DNA of 64,000 nucleotides from an uncultured Aliarcobacter sp. (GTDB lineage: Bacteria > Campylobacterota > Campylobacteria > Campylobacterales > Arcobacteraceae), in contig OY781945.1 of assembly GCA_963677435.1 (NCBI GenBank), forward strand, positions 1,600,001-1,664,000, written 5' to 3'. Under the pieces are notes generated by a model. The model saw only the letters and a program-made list of their open reading frames with translations, was not told the DNA's origin and did no database searches. Below, piece after piece: positions 48,377 to 58,721 of the stretch (the first letter of the stretch is position 1; each line of letters opens with the position of its first letter). A program made the position numbers and the translations under genes.

Positions 48377-49423
48377 TTTTGTTCAAGTAAATGTGATTAG
48401 TCATTCAAAAAATAGTTTAAGTTCTTGTTATGAACATAATGTTGATAGACAAAAAGATGGGGAAGATTTACCCCATCTTTTAGATGAAAATGAGTTTAGG
48501 AAATGAAACTATTACCTTTTCTCATATAGTTGTTTCAAGTGGCACATTTGAAGAAAATCTTAGAAATTTTTATTCAACTATCTCAAAATCAAATAGTTAT
48601 CAAACTTTAAAAGATAACTTTGATTATTTGGAAAAGTTAAGATTAGAACAACTAAAAAATGAAAATAGAAAAGATTATCAATTAAAACATTTAATTGAAT
48701 TTGAAGTAGGTATTAGTGGAGAAAAGGCAAAAGAGTACCTAAATAATAGTGGAATTGATATAAATGAAGGTTTTAAACAATATGTAAATGATTTAAAAAC
48801 TGAATACTTTACAAATATCAATCCATAAAGATGAAGGCTATATTGATAAAGATAATATTCTTCATCATAATATTCATGCATATTTTTTAGTGCATAATCA
48901 TCATTTTGAAACAAAAAAAGCAATTTTTTCAAACTTTAGAAAAAGAGATAGGCAACTTCAAACATTGGCTCAAAAATCTTTTAATCAAGCAGGTTTAGAT
49001 TTTAGAAGAGGATTATCAAAGTTTCAAACAAAACTAAATCATCAAAAAAGGAATGATTTTATTTTGCATAAGCAAAATCAAGAATTGAAGATTTTACAAA
49101 AGGATCTGCTACAAAAAAATCAAGAGATTAAAGATTTATATACTTTGTTAAATTCACAAAAAAATCAACTAAAAGAACTAAGGCTTTAATTTGAAAAGAA
49201 TAGTAATATTTATAAAATGTTATCTCTTAATATTAAAAATCTTTCAAATGAAGAACAAAGTAAAAGAGAAGAATTTAGACAATTAGATTCTAAAATCAAA
49301 GAATTAAAAAATCAAGTACAAAGTGAAGAACACATCATAAAAGATGATTTAGAATATGTGAATGAAATAAAATCACATTTAGAAAAAGCAAAATTAGATA
49401 ATGAAGCTTTAAACATTCATTAA
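48369..49423 (+). pseudogene. MobV/Pre-family relaxase, multiply frameshifted
   Basis: Fragments give YEHNVDR (motif I-like), SIHKDEG...HHNIHA (HxDE...HxH-like), RGLSK..T...H and a coiled-coil tail. Covers track ORFs 48484, 48890 and 49217. Confidence 0.7.
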
Positions 49424-49526
49424 ACTTAATTTATTAAGTTAGCCATTTTATGGCGAAGTGGGCCCAAGACGACCCACCAATAAGTAAAAAAATGCTAAAA
49501 TAAAGTAAATTCTATAAAGGTTTTTA

Positions 49527-50555
49527 ATGATTTCTGATAAAAGAATCTTATTTTTAGATTACTTGAGAGTTTTTGCTTTCTTATCTGTACTTATTGGACA
49601 TAAATTATATATTGAGGTTGAAAATATAATAAATTTGTATCCTTCAACACACATTACACAACAATATTTAGTTAATTTTTTATTGTCGGCATTCTATGGT
49701 GGAGGAGCTGGAGTAATAGTTTTTTTTATGATATCGGGTTATATAATACTACATGTAATAAATTATGAAAATCCTATTGAATTCTTAATAAAAAGATTCT
49801 TTAGGATATATCCTCTTTTAATATTTGCAATAATTTTGCAAGCCATTCTTTTGATCTATGAAAATAAACAACCGCTCAATTATACTAATTTATTATTGCA
49901 AATGAGTTTATTAGGAGATTTTTTTAATACACCTCATTCTTTAGCAGGTGTAGAGTGGACTTTGAGAATTGAAATTATTTTTTATGCCTTTATGGCTTTG
50001 GTATCTTTTCTAAGAATACAAAATAAAGGCTATATTTTAGTACTATTATTTATTGTTTTTACTATTTTTTTAAAAAAAATAGCTCCAGTACCAAATGGAC
50101 TTATGATAGGCTATTTTACAATATTTTTTCCATTCTTGTTTTTAGGATCAGTAATTTATTTATTTGAAAAAAAGAAAATAAATTTCATAACTATGGCTCT
50201 ATTTGTAATTTTTATTTTTGAGAATTATTTTAGCATGGTAAATGAGTTCCACAAAAATAGATTAGATTCAAATTTTGCAATAGTTGGATTTTTTATTTTT
50301 ATTCTTGTTTGGTTACTGAGAAATAATCTAAGCAATATAAAAATCAATAGCTATATTATTTTAATTTCAAGTTTAACATATTCAGTTTATCTATTTCATA
50401 ATTATTTGTGGGATTACATTGGATTATTTTTTAATACTGGAAATAAACTTTTGATATTTCTAATATTATTGATTTTTTGTTTCATTGTTACAAAGTTAAT
50501 TGAAAATCCTATGAATAAAGTTGGGAAAATACTTGCTAATGAATTTAAAAAATAG
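49527..50555 (+). CDS. Acyltransferase-3 (OafA/YrhL-like) membrane O-acyltransferase
   Basis: LD.LR..A...V...H, GV..FF.ISGY, F..KRFFRIYP, WTL..E..FY and YS.YL.H. Confidence 0.9.
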   Translation: MISDKRILFLDYLRVFAFLSVLIGHKLYIEVENIINLYPSTHITQQYLVNFLLSAFYGGGAGVIVFFMISGYIILHVINYENPIEFLIKRFFRIYPLLIFAIILQAILLIYENKQPLNYTNLLLQMSLLGDFFNTPHSLAGVEWTLRIEIIFYAFMALVSFLRIQNKGYILVLLFIVFTIFLKKIAPVPNGLMIGYFTIFFPFLFLGSVIYLFEKKKINFITMALFVIFIFENYFSMVNEFHKNRLDSNFAIVGFFIFILVWLLRNNLSNIKINSYIILISSLTYSVYLFHNYLWDYIGLFFNTGNKLLIFLILLIFCFIVTKLIENPMNKVGKILANEFKK

Positions 50556-50921
50556 ATAAAATTAAAAATTTCATTAAATGTAAATAGTTTTAGAAGTCGC
50601 TAATAGCTTAAATTTTGAGAACTATTGATTTGAACGCTAAATGATTTGTGAATTTATTTTAAAACTCTAAAATTATTATATAAATTTTTATAAACTAATT
50701 TTACATATTTTATATTTTCCCCCTTTAATAAGTTTCTTTAAAATCTTCTCTTGTTTATCATATTTTATGAATAAACATAAGTAATATTTTAATTGTATTA
50801 CAAAAAAACGAAAGAAAACAAAACTCTATAAATTTACTAATTTATATTTCAAAACCATAAAAAAATGAATTGAAATAATATTTTTCGTAAAATGAATTAT
50901 ATAAAAATAAGGAATATATAA

Positions 50922-51383
50922 ATGGTTTTACTAATAGTAGATTCATTACAAAAGTTTGATTATAGAATTGATGAAACTAATATCAAACAATTTTTAAAAG
51001 CTTTGCAAAAAATAGAAAAACATCAACATCAAATATTTTTAGAAGATTACAACAAATGGAAATACTAAACTCATTAAGAGAAAAAGATAGTGATAGATAA
51101 TATTAGTCCATTTAAAAGTCTTATATCACTTAGTAATGAACTAAGTAATATTAAATTACAAAATGACTAATATAATTCAAACTCAAAAAATAATGCTCTT
51201 ATTTATGAATTATCAAAAGAAATTAAAGCTCTTCTTATTGTTCAAAAAGAACTTAAAAAAGATAAATCTTTCTTATTGCCTATTGAAAAAATAGATTCTG
51301 ATCTGGAACTATTGAAAAATCAAAAATCCATGATTGTTGAAAATATAGATTTTATTGATTTAAAATTATGGGTAAAATTTTAA
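50922..51383 (+). pseudogene. Fragmented hypothetical gene
   Basis: AAGGA plus ATG (MVLLIVDSLQKFDY...), followed by coding-like fragments broken by stops and frameshifts. Confidence 0.35.
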
Positions 51384-51426
51384 TTGAATCAATATTTTAA
51401 ATATAAAATTGAATTTCTTTAATCAA

Positions 51427-52544
51427 TTAAACAAACTTTTTACCAAACTCTTGTCCTTTTACTTCAATATATTTATAAGTAAAAATAGATATTGTAACTA
51501 CTATAAAAAGTATAATAAGTGCAACTAAGTTATTTATGAAAATATTTTGGAAATCAATATATCTTGTCTCTCCCATCATAGGTGCAAATTGTATATTTAA
51601 GATTTTTCCCAATATCATTGAAAATGAAATAAGACAAAATAAAATTATATAATGAGTCATATAAATTGAGTAAGATAGTTTTCCTAATAGTTGAAAAAAT
51701 GATACTTTTAAGATTATTGATAAAAATCCTTTTTCAAAAGCAAAGACAAATACAATTAATAAAAAAGTTAAACTTGCATATACCGCCTTATATTCTTCAA
51801 TATAAGAAATTATATAAATAATTGAAACCATTAATAAAATTTCTAATAAAGAAAAAATATTTGAACTTATTTCTTCAAATTTTATATTAAATTTCTTATA
51901 AATTAAATAAGTTAAAGCTCCAGAAAAAAAGCATGAAAGACCTCGAACAGCTTCATTCATAATCCCAAAATTATTAATAATCATAAAAAAAGAGATAAAA
52001 GAAAATAAAAAACAAACCACATATTTAAAATTTGATTTTATAAAAAATGTAAAGAAAAATATAATATACATATAATATTCTACACTTAAACTCCACGATG
52101 GAGAATTCCAACTTAGTGCGTTAAAAGTAGGAATCCAAGATTGTAAGAATAATAAATTTGGAATTATTTCTAATAAGGCACTTGTGCCTGTAAATGGTAA
52201 ATTATTGAATAAAAATCCATATTTATATGCAATTAATTTACCTAATTCGAGAAAAATACAAATAATAAACATAAAAAGATGCAAATAATAAACATAAAAA
52301 GATGCAAAGGATAAAGTCTAAAAGTTCTACTTATTATAAATTTTTTAAATGATACTTCCTTGAATCCATAAGTGTGAGCTAAAACAAAACCACTTAAGAC
52401 AAAAAAGAATTCAACAAATAAAGAACTGCCCCAAAAAAATTTAAGCTCTGTAATTGAGCCGATTAAATGCATATGAAAAATTACAACACAAATCGCTGCA
52501 ATTCCTCTAAAACTATCAAGCACTAAAAATCTTTGATTCATCAT
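51427..52544 (-). pseudogene. Acyltransferase-3 gene frameshifted by a 23-bp tandem duplication
   Basis: N-half: LDSFRGIAA..V..FH, V.FFF.LSGF, R..RLYPLH. C-half: WSLSVE, LG.LSYSIY..H. Removing 23 nt leaves 1095 nt, a 364-aa ORF. Confidence 0.9.
52259..52304. repeat. Perfect 23-bp tandem duplication
   Basis: CAAATAATAAACATAAAAAGATG twice (52259-52281 and 52282-52304), followed by CAAA. Confidence 0.95.
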
Positions 52545-52805
52545 TATTCTTTCATTTTAAATTAAACTAATGCTATATCTATTAAATAGATAATAGTGTC
52601 TAATCAACTTTTATTATGTTTAATAATGGAACATATATGATTAATATAACTTATATTATGTTAAATTATTAAACATAGAGCATTTTTTTTGTGAATTATA
52701 TCTACAGAATACTTAAATATTGAGCATTTATATATTTTATTGGCTTCTTTTGTCTAATAATTAAACATTTACAATACATTTAAAATATATTTAGGGAATA
52801 ATTGA

Positions 52806-53225
52806 ATGTATAGTAAAAAAGAAGTCACTGAAAGATTTTAAGTAACAAGAACGACTCTAGATAATTGGAAAACATCTAAACCAAATCTTTATAATTTATT
52901 ATTAAATTCTGATAGTTTAAATAATAAGCTTAGAGAAATTACAATTATTTTAGAGAAATATTCAAAAACAATAAAAAGTCAATTTGAAATAGAAGAAGTA
53001 GAATATATTTTAAATTTAGATTTAGAAAATTATTTAGAAGAGATAGAAAGGCTTCATACAATTTATATAGAACAAATATCAAAAGATTTAAAATAAAATA
53101 GCAAATGGATTTTAACTATTTATCAAAAAATACAAAATCTAAATATTATTGAAAGATATATTTTCATTTCTAGAATAAAAAGTGTAAAAAAACAAAAAAC
53201 AAAAGAAAAAGAGCTTATAACGGTC
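52806..53225 (+). pseudogene. Pseudogene of a protein with an N-terminal HTH-like segment
   Basis: MYSKKEVTERF*VTRTTLDNWKTSKPNLY...KDLK*NSKW...; two in-frame stops. Confidence 0.55.
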
Positions 53226-53333
53226 TCGAATTTTTAAACACCAATATATAGCTTCTTTGATATCTTATTATTTTTTAAAAAAATATTTATACTATTCAAC
53301 TTGGAATGGATTTTGAGTTGAAGTTTTAATCTA

Positions 53334-54300
53334 TTATTTTAGATAAGAAATCTTCTCAATAGCCTCTTTTAAAATATGTACTTCGTAGGGATTAGTATAG
53401 TCATTAGTGATTTTATTTTCATTTTCTGCACCATGTCCTGCAATTTCGTTAATCATTTGATATTCTACTTTTTTTTGTTTTAATTTATTTTGTAGGGTAT
53501 TTCTAAAACTATGAAAAACATATTTTTTGCCAAACCCTAATTTTATTTTGAAATATCCATAATCTTGGCTAAATTTTGTTGATTTAATTGTAAATAAGTT
53601 ATTAGAATTGACATTTTTAACATAATCAAAGAAATCTTCTAATAGTTCACTATGAATTGAAACTTTTCTAAAACTACTCATTGTTTTTATAGCTTTATCA
53701 TCATCAATATCAATAGTTAAATTAAAATAGTCAATATCATTTTCATCTTTTAGAATATCTTTTTTTGCTAATTGACAAATTTCATTTTCTCCTGCAGCAG
53801 TATAAGCTGCAATTTTGATAATAATTTCGTATTCTTTATGATATTTATTTAATACATTTTTCTTTTGAGTGTATTTTATAAAATCAATATTTTCTAATAT
53901 TTTTTTATACTCTTCATTTTTATAAGGACTTCTTTTACTATTAATTTTTTCTCGTATAGTTGGCTTAAATGTAATATTTTTTGTAATGGCAGGGATATAG
54001 TGTGATTTTTTACTACAATGGTTTAGAAATGCAATGACATTTTTTAATGCATTATTTAAAGTTCCAATCTATGTTTTTTAAACTTTTTAGCACTCCACAT
54101 CTAACCCAAACTCTAACTCTTTTGTATCATCTAAATTAATTAATTCTAATAGGCTATATCTTTTTCTATAATTGGGTCCTATATATATCAACTTCTTTGT
54201 TTAAATCAAGAATAAGGCTATTTATTTCATCAATAGATAGGTGGTCTGTATTGCGATTTACAATATCATCAAAATTTCTTTTTTTAAACTCATCAATATA
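53334..54300 (-). pseudogene. Tyrosine recombinase/integrase pseudogene
   Basis: C-terminal HSFR, GH and Y are retained. Box I reads YTAAGENEICQL (catalytic Arg replaced by Gly). In-frame TAG near 54070; degenerate N-terminus. Confidence 0.85.
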
Positions 54301-54449
54301 GTGTAACAAGTGTAATATTCTTTATTTTAAAAAAATATCATTTTAATCCTAATTATCGAATTTCTTAGAAAAAAAGAATATTACAATTTGTAATAATTAT
54401 TTTGTTTTTTATTTTTCTATGATAACATTTTTAAAAAAAGGATACAGTT

Positions 54450-55205
54450 ATGTTTACTCATAAAAATAATACTTATTTACAAATTGATACAGCAAAAATT
54501 TACTATGAAGAGTTAGGTGATAAAAGTAAAGATGTTCTTCTATTTTTACATGGTGGATTAGGAAATATTGATGATTTAGGTGAAATAGCAAAAGATTTTA
54601 TAAATGATTATAGAATTATTGGCATTGACAGTAGAGGTCATGGATCTTCTACATTAGGAAAAAATAAATTATCGTATGAACTTATAGAAAATGATATATA
54701 TGCTATTTTAGATTATTTAAATATAAAAAAAGTTTCGATTATAGGTTTTAGTGATGGTGGCATTGTTGGTTTAAGAATTGCTTCTTCAAATAAAATAAAA
54801 GTTGAGAAACTCGTTTCAATTGCTTCTTCTTGGAATCTTGATGAACAACAAAAAGATATATATAAATCATTAACAGCTGAAGAAATGAAAAATATTTTTT
54901 CTAAAGAATATGATTTATATCAAGAACTAAACTCAGAAGCAAATTTTGAATTATTATCAAAAGAATTGATTAAAATGTGGATGGATGAGTCAAGTAGTGG
55001 CTATCCCAATGAAAATGTAAAAAATATTAGCGCAAAAACACTTTTAATAAGAGGAGATAATGATTTTTTAACTTCATTAAATAGTTTTGAAGTTCTTCAA
55101 AGTAAATTAAGTGAGTGTTCAATTTTAAATATCCCTTTTGCTGAACATGAAGTATATAAAGAAGAAAAAGAGATAGTTATTTCATATATAAAAAGATTTT
55201 TGTAA
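54450..55205 (+). CDS. Alpha/beta hydrolase
   Basis: LHGGLG, DSRGHG.S, GFSDGG nucleophile elbow, G..D and AEH. Confidence 0.9.
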   Translation: MFTHKNNTYLQIDTAKIYYEELGDKSKDVLLFLHGGLGNIDDLGEIAKDFINDYRIIGIDSRGHGSSTLGKNKLSYELIENDIYAILDYLNIKKVSIIGFSDGGIVGLRIASSNKIKVEKLVSIASSWNLDEQQKDIYKSLTAEEMKNIFSKEYDLYQELNSEANFELLSKELIKMWMDESSSGYPNENVKNISAKTLLIRGDNDFLTSLNSFEVLQSKLSECSILNIPFAEHEVYKEEKEIVISYIKRFL

Positions 55206-55266
55206 ATCTCTATGAAAAAATATTATAGTAATATACATTTCAAAAATTAACTAATAAAGTGAAAAA

Positions 55267-55713
55267 ATGAAAGTAAAATATTTAGAAAAATTTTATGTTG
55301 CGGGAATTACAGTAAAAACGAACAACAAAATAGAATTAGATGAAACAACGGCACAAATACCAAAACTTTGGCAAAGATATGTGGATGAAAATATTGAAAG
55401 TAAGACATTTAACAAGTCAAGAAATTTGGCTATGTATGGAGTTTACAATAAGTATGAAAAAGATGTAAATTCTGATTATGATTATACAATTTGTGTTGAA
55501 GTTACAAAACCAAAAAATGCTATAACTATAGAAAAAGATAGATATTTGGTATTTTCAAAAAAAGGTGAATTTCCAAAAGTTGTAATAGAAGCTTGGCATG
55601 AAGTTTGGGACTATTTCGCTTCAAAAGAGTGTGAATATGAAAGAGTATACAATTTTGATTTTGAAAAATATTCAAAAGATGATGAAATAGAAATATATAT
55701 TTCTATAAAGTAA
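55267..55713 (+). CDS. GyrI-like small-molecule-binding protein (paralogue of 45701-46144)
   Basis: Same motif set; shares VEVTKPKNAI. Confidence 0.88.
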   Translation: MKVKYLEKFYVAGITVKTNNKIELDETTAQIPKLWQRYVDENIESKTFNKSRNLAMYGVYNKYEKDVNSDYDYTICVEVTKPKNAITIEKDRYLVFSKKGEFPKVVIEAWHEVWDYFASKECEYERVYNFDFEKYSKDDEIEIYISIK

Positions 55714-55833
55714 AATAGATTGTTATGAAATTTTATCTAAATTAAAAGCAAGATATTACTTGAAAATACCCCTAAATTATAAGAAAGTATACTTATTGTA
55801 TAATGCCAAGATCTAAAGTTTAAAAGGAAAATA

Positions 55834-56181
55834 ATGAGTCAATTACCTAATTGCCCAAAATGTGGAAGCGAATATACTTACGAAGATGGAAACTTATATA
55901 TCTGTCCTGAGTGTGCCCATGAATGGTCTCAGGATGCATCATCTTCTGAAAGTAGCGATACATTAGTAGTAAAAGATGCAAATGGTACTATTTTACAAGA
56001 TGGAGATGATGTAACTGTTATCAAAGATTTAAAAGTTAAAGGTAGTTCATCTGGAATTAAAGTTGGTACTAAAATCAAAGGTATTAGACTTGTTGAGGGA
56101 AATGATGGTCATAACATCGACTGTAAAGTTACAGGTGTTGGAGCTATTAAATTAAAACAAGAGTTTGTTAAAAAATCTTAA
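55834..56181 (+). CDS. PhnA/YjdM zinc-ribbon protein
   Basis: CPKC.SEYTY....Y.CPEC.HEW and [16 protein letters not shown]. Confidence 0.93.
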   Translation: MSQLPNCPKCGSEYTYEDGNLYICPECAHEWSQDASSSESSDTLVVKDANGTILQDGDDVTVIKDLKVKGSSSGIKVGTKIKGIRLVEGNDGHNIDCKVTGVGAIKLKQEFVKKS

Positions 56182-56192
56182 TTTAATCAAAC

Positions 56193-56219
56193 AAGAAGTT
56201 TTGAATTTCAAAACTTCTT
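56193..56219. terminator. Hairpin between convergent genes
   Basis: AAGAAGTTTTGAA-t-TTCAAAACTTCTT. Confidence 0.7.
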
Positions 56220-56226
56220 AGAAGTT

Positions 56227-56763
56227 TTAAGCCTTATAATCTTCTATTTTAAAGGTGTTAAATAATATATCAGTTGCTAACATTCTAGCTCCGTGATTTA
56301 AAGCATCTATTATATCTTTGTCTTGCCAATCTAACTTTCTTAATTCATCCATATCATTTTCATTTACTTTGTGAGGATTTTTCATAGAGTTGATTACAAA
56401 TTTTAAAAGGGCATTCTCTTTCTGAGTTAGTTTTGAACTATCTAAATCTTTTTTCATTGATTGTACTTCTTCTAAACTCCATTTTGCATGGTTTACCAAC
56501 ATTGCTGTATTAAAATCGATACAAAAATTACACTCTTCTTTGCTTGATACACAAATTCTAATACTTGCTAGTAGTGCCATTGATAAAGTAGGGTGAGTTG
56601 CGTAATATTTTATAAAATCTAGTTGCTGTTTTAAAAGCTCAGGACTTGAACTAAATAGTTTGGCATTGTTTCCAACGCTTCCTCTTACTTTGATAATTTC
56701 ATTATAAATTTCTAGTAATTCACCACTTGCTTCGTTTGTTTCGTATGTTTTTATAATTGGCAT
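56227..56763 (-). CDS. AhpD/carboxymuconolactone decarboxylase-like protein
   Basis: EA.GE...IY, VS....C.FC (CxxC) and D...L....W.D..I; divergent from the TetR gene. Confidence 0.78.
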   Translation of the reverse strand: MPIIKTYETNEASGELLEIYNEIIKVRGSVGNNAKLFSSSPELLKQQLDFIKYYATHPTLSMALLASIRICVSSKEECNFCIDFNTAMLVNHAKWSLEEVQSMKKDLDSSKLTQKENALLKFVINSMKNPHKVNENDMDELRKLDWQDKDIIDALNHGARMLATDILFNTFKIEDYKA

Positions 56764-56781
56764 TTTATTTCCTTTATTTTG

Positions 56782-56832
56782 TTGACAAATTGGTCAAGTC
56801 TAATTTTAATAAAACTTGACCGATTTGTCAAG
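56782..56832. promoter_or_regulatory. Two palindromic operators, probably bound by the adjacent TetR
   Basis: TTGACAAATTGGTCAA (56782-56797) and CTTGACCGATTTGTCAAG (56815-56832). Confidence 0.75.
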
Positions 56833-56853
56833 TATAAAATGTTATAATTCAAA

Positions 56854-57429
56854 ATGGAAAATAATACAAGAAAAAACTTAATAGATTCAGCCTTTAATGA
56901 GATTTATTCAAATGGCTATCAAGGTGCATCCTTAACAACAATATTAAAAAATGCAAAAGTACACAAAGGTTCAATGTACCATTTTTTTGAAAATAAAAAA
57001 GATATGGCATTGGTTTGTATAAAAGAAAAAATTTATGAACGATTTAATCAAAGATACTCTTTGATTTTAGCTTTAGAATCTGGTTATTTAGAAGCTTTTA
57101 TAAATGGCTTAAAAGATACAAGCCAAAGGGATTTTAACAAAGGTTGTCCTATTGCAAATATTGTTCAAGAGATGTCAAATATTGATGAAGATTTCAAAGT
57201 TTTGATGGAAGAGATTTATCAAAGTTTCAGAAAAAATATAAAAGATATTTTAGATATATCAATTCAAAAGAATGAGATGAAAGAGTGTGATACAGGAAAA
57301 CTTGCACTTTATATAGCTTCAACTTTAGAAGGAGCGATTTTGTCTGCAAAAGCTACTCAAAATATTCAAGATTACACAGATGTGATAGATATTTTATCTT
57401 CTTATATAATGTCATTTAAAAAGAGTTAA
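56854..57429 (+). CDS. TetR/AcrR family regulator
   Basis: HTH GY...S...I...A.V.KG.MYH.F..K and GCP motif. TGtTATAAT sits 5 nt before the ATG (leaderless). Confidence 0.93.
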   Translation: MENNTRKNLIDSAFNEIYSNGYQGASLTTILKNAKVHKGSMYHFFENKKDMALVCIKEKIYERFNQRYSLILALESGYLEAFINGLKDTSQRDFNKGCPIANIVQEMSNIDEDFKVLMEEIYQSFRKNIKDILDISIQKNEMKECDTGKLALYIASTLEGAILSAKATQNIQDYTDVIDILSSYIMSFKKS

Positions 57430-57430
57430 T

Positions 57431-58051
57431 ATGAATTTAGAAAAACTAAAAGATATGGAAGCGGAGTTTTTAACTTTTTATCCAACAGGTTTTGAAGATG
57501 CAAAATTTTTCCCAACTATGAAAAAATTTAACCCCTTAAAACTTGAAGAGTTTACAAAAGAGAGTTTTAAAAAAGAGAATTTTTCTAATCCAAATTTGGT
57601 TGTGGATGCTTTTTTTAAAATTATTCAAAAATCTGTTTTGGTTTCATTGTTTGATAAACTAAAGTTTAGAGATATGTTAGAAAGTTTAACATCTTATGAA
57701 AAAGACATGTTGAGTATTGAACTATATGAACTTCTACACGGAAATAAAAAAGATGGCTTTGAGGGTTTAGTTGGATATTTAAGTCAATATAATCTTGCAA
57801 AATGGACAATAATTTCTGTGATTTTATATTATAACGATAGACAAAAAGAATATTTTATAAAACCTACAACTACAAAAAATGTAATCAAATATTTTGACCT
57901 AAAAGATTTAGTTTATAAACCAAAACCTAGTTTTGAGTTTTATGACTCTTACAAAAAAGTTTTGAATGAGATGAAAAAAAATGTAGATAAATCTCTTCAT
58001 CCTGACAATGCAGCCTTTACTGGATTTTTGAGAATAGGGATGGAAGATTGA
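57431..58051 (+). CDS. Hypothetical protein
   Basis: 206-aa ORF in the operon, with AKWT..S and F.KPTT...Y.P.P segments; function unknown. Confidence 0.75.
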   Translation: MNLEKLKDMEAEFLTFYPTGFEDAKFFPTMKKFNPLKLEEFTKESFKKENFSNPNLVVDAFFKIIQKSVLVSLFDKLKFRDMLESLTSYEKDMLSIELYELLHGNKKDGFEGLVGYLSQYNLAKWTIISVILYYNDRQKEYFIKPTTTKNVIKYFDLKDLVYKPKPSFEFYDSYKKVLNEMKKNVDKSLHPDNAAFTGFLRIGMED

Positions 58052-58055
58052 TTTT

Positions 58056-58655
58056 ATGAATGAGTTGTATTATGAACAGTTTAGAAATGTATGTAAAGAA
58101 TATTATGATTTTAATGATGAAAATTTTGAAAGACTTAAAAATATTACTTTTTTAAAAGAGATAAAAAAAGGTGAAATTTTACTTGATAATTATTCAAAAG
58201 CAAAATATATCTATTTTATTTGTAAAGGAATTTTACGAACTTATTATATAGGTGAAAATGGCGAAATATATACTAAAAATCTTTTTAGTGAGAATTATTT
58301 TTCAGCTTCAAAGGTTTCACTTCTTACAAAAGAGGATTCATATTTAAATATCGAAGCTTTGGAAGATTGTACGCTTATTTATATTGACTTTGAGAAGTAT
58401 AAAGAGTTGATAGACAAATACAATGAATTTAAAACTTTTTATATAAATTATTTAGAAAAAAACTGGGTAATAGTAAAAGAAAAAAATGAAATTTCCCTAA
58501 TCCTTGATGATGCAACAACTAGATATGAAAACTTTATAAAAAACAATGCAAACATTGAAAATAGAGTAGCTTTACATCATATCGCAAATCATTTAGGAAT
58601 AACTCCAACTCAGTTGAGCAGGATTAGAAAAAAGTTAAACTCTCAACATATGTAA
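58056..58655 (+). CDS. Crp/Fnr family regulator
   Basis: cNMP domain (YFI.KG..R, ALED) and C-terminal HTH IA..LGITP..LSRIR. Confidence 0.9.
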   Translation: MNELYYEQFRNVCKEYYDFNDENFERLKNITFLKEIKKGEILLDNYSKAKYIYFICKGILRTYYIGENGEIYTKNLFSENYFSASKVSLLTKEDSYLNIEALEDCTLIYIDFEKYKELIDKYNEFKTFYINYLEKNWVIVKEKNEISLILDDATTRYENFIKNNANIENRVALHHIANHLGITPTQLSRIRKKLNSQHM

Positions 58656-58721
58656 ATGAATTAAAAAATTTATTCTACTATTATTGCAAACATATTTTAT
58701 TTATATTTTCAAAGGATTTTT

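Larger units (their letters stand above)
47100..54300. mobile_element. Decayed integrative mobilizable element or integrated plasmid; boundaries approximate
   Basis: Low coding density, MobV relaxase and tyrosine integrase pseudogenes, other gene relics and acyltransferase cargo. Confidence 0.65.

Noticed and set aside
52259..52308. CRISPR-like repeat
   Set aside because: Two abutting copies with no spacer inside a CDS, and no cas genes. I saw no CRISPR array anywhere in the window.
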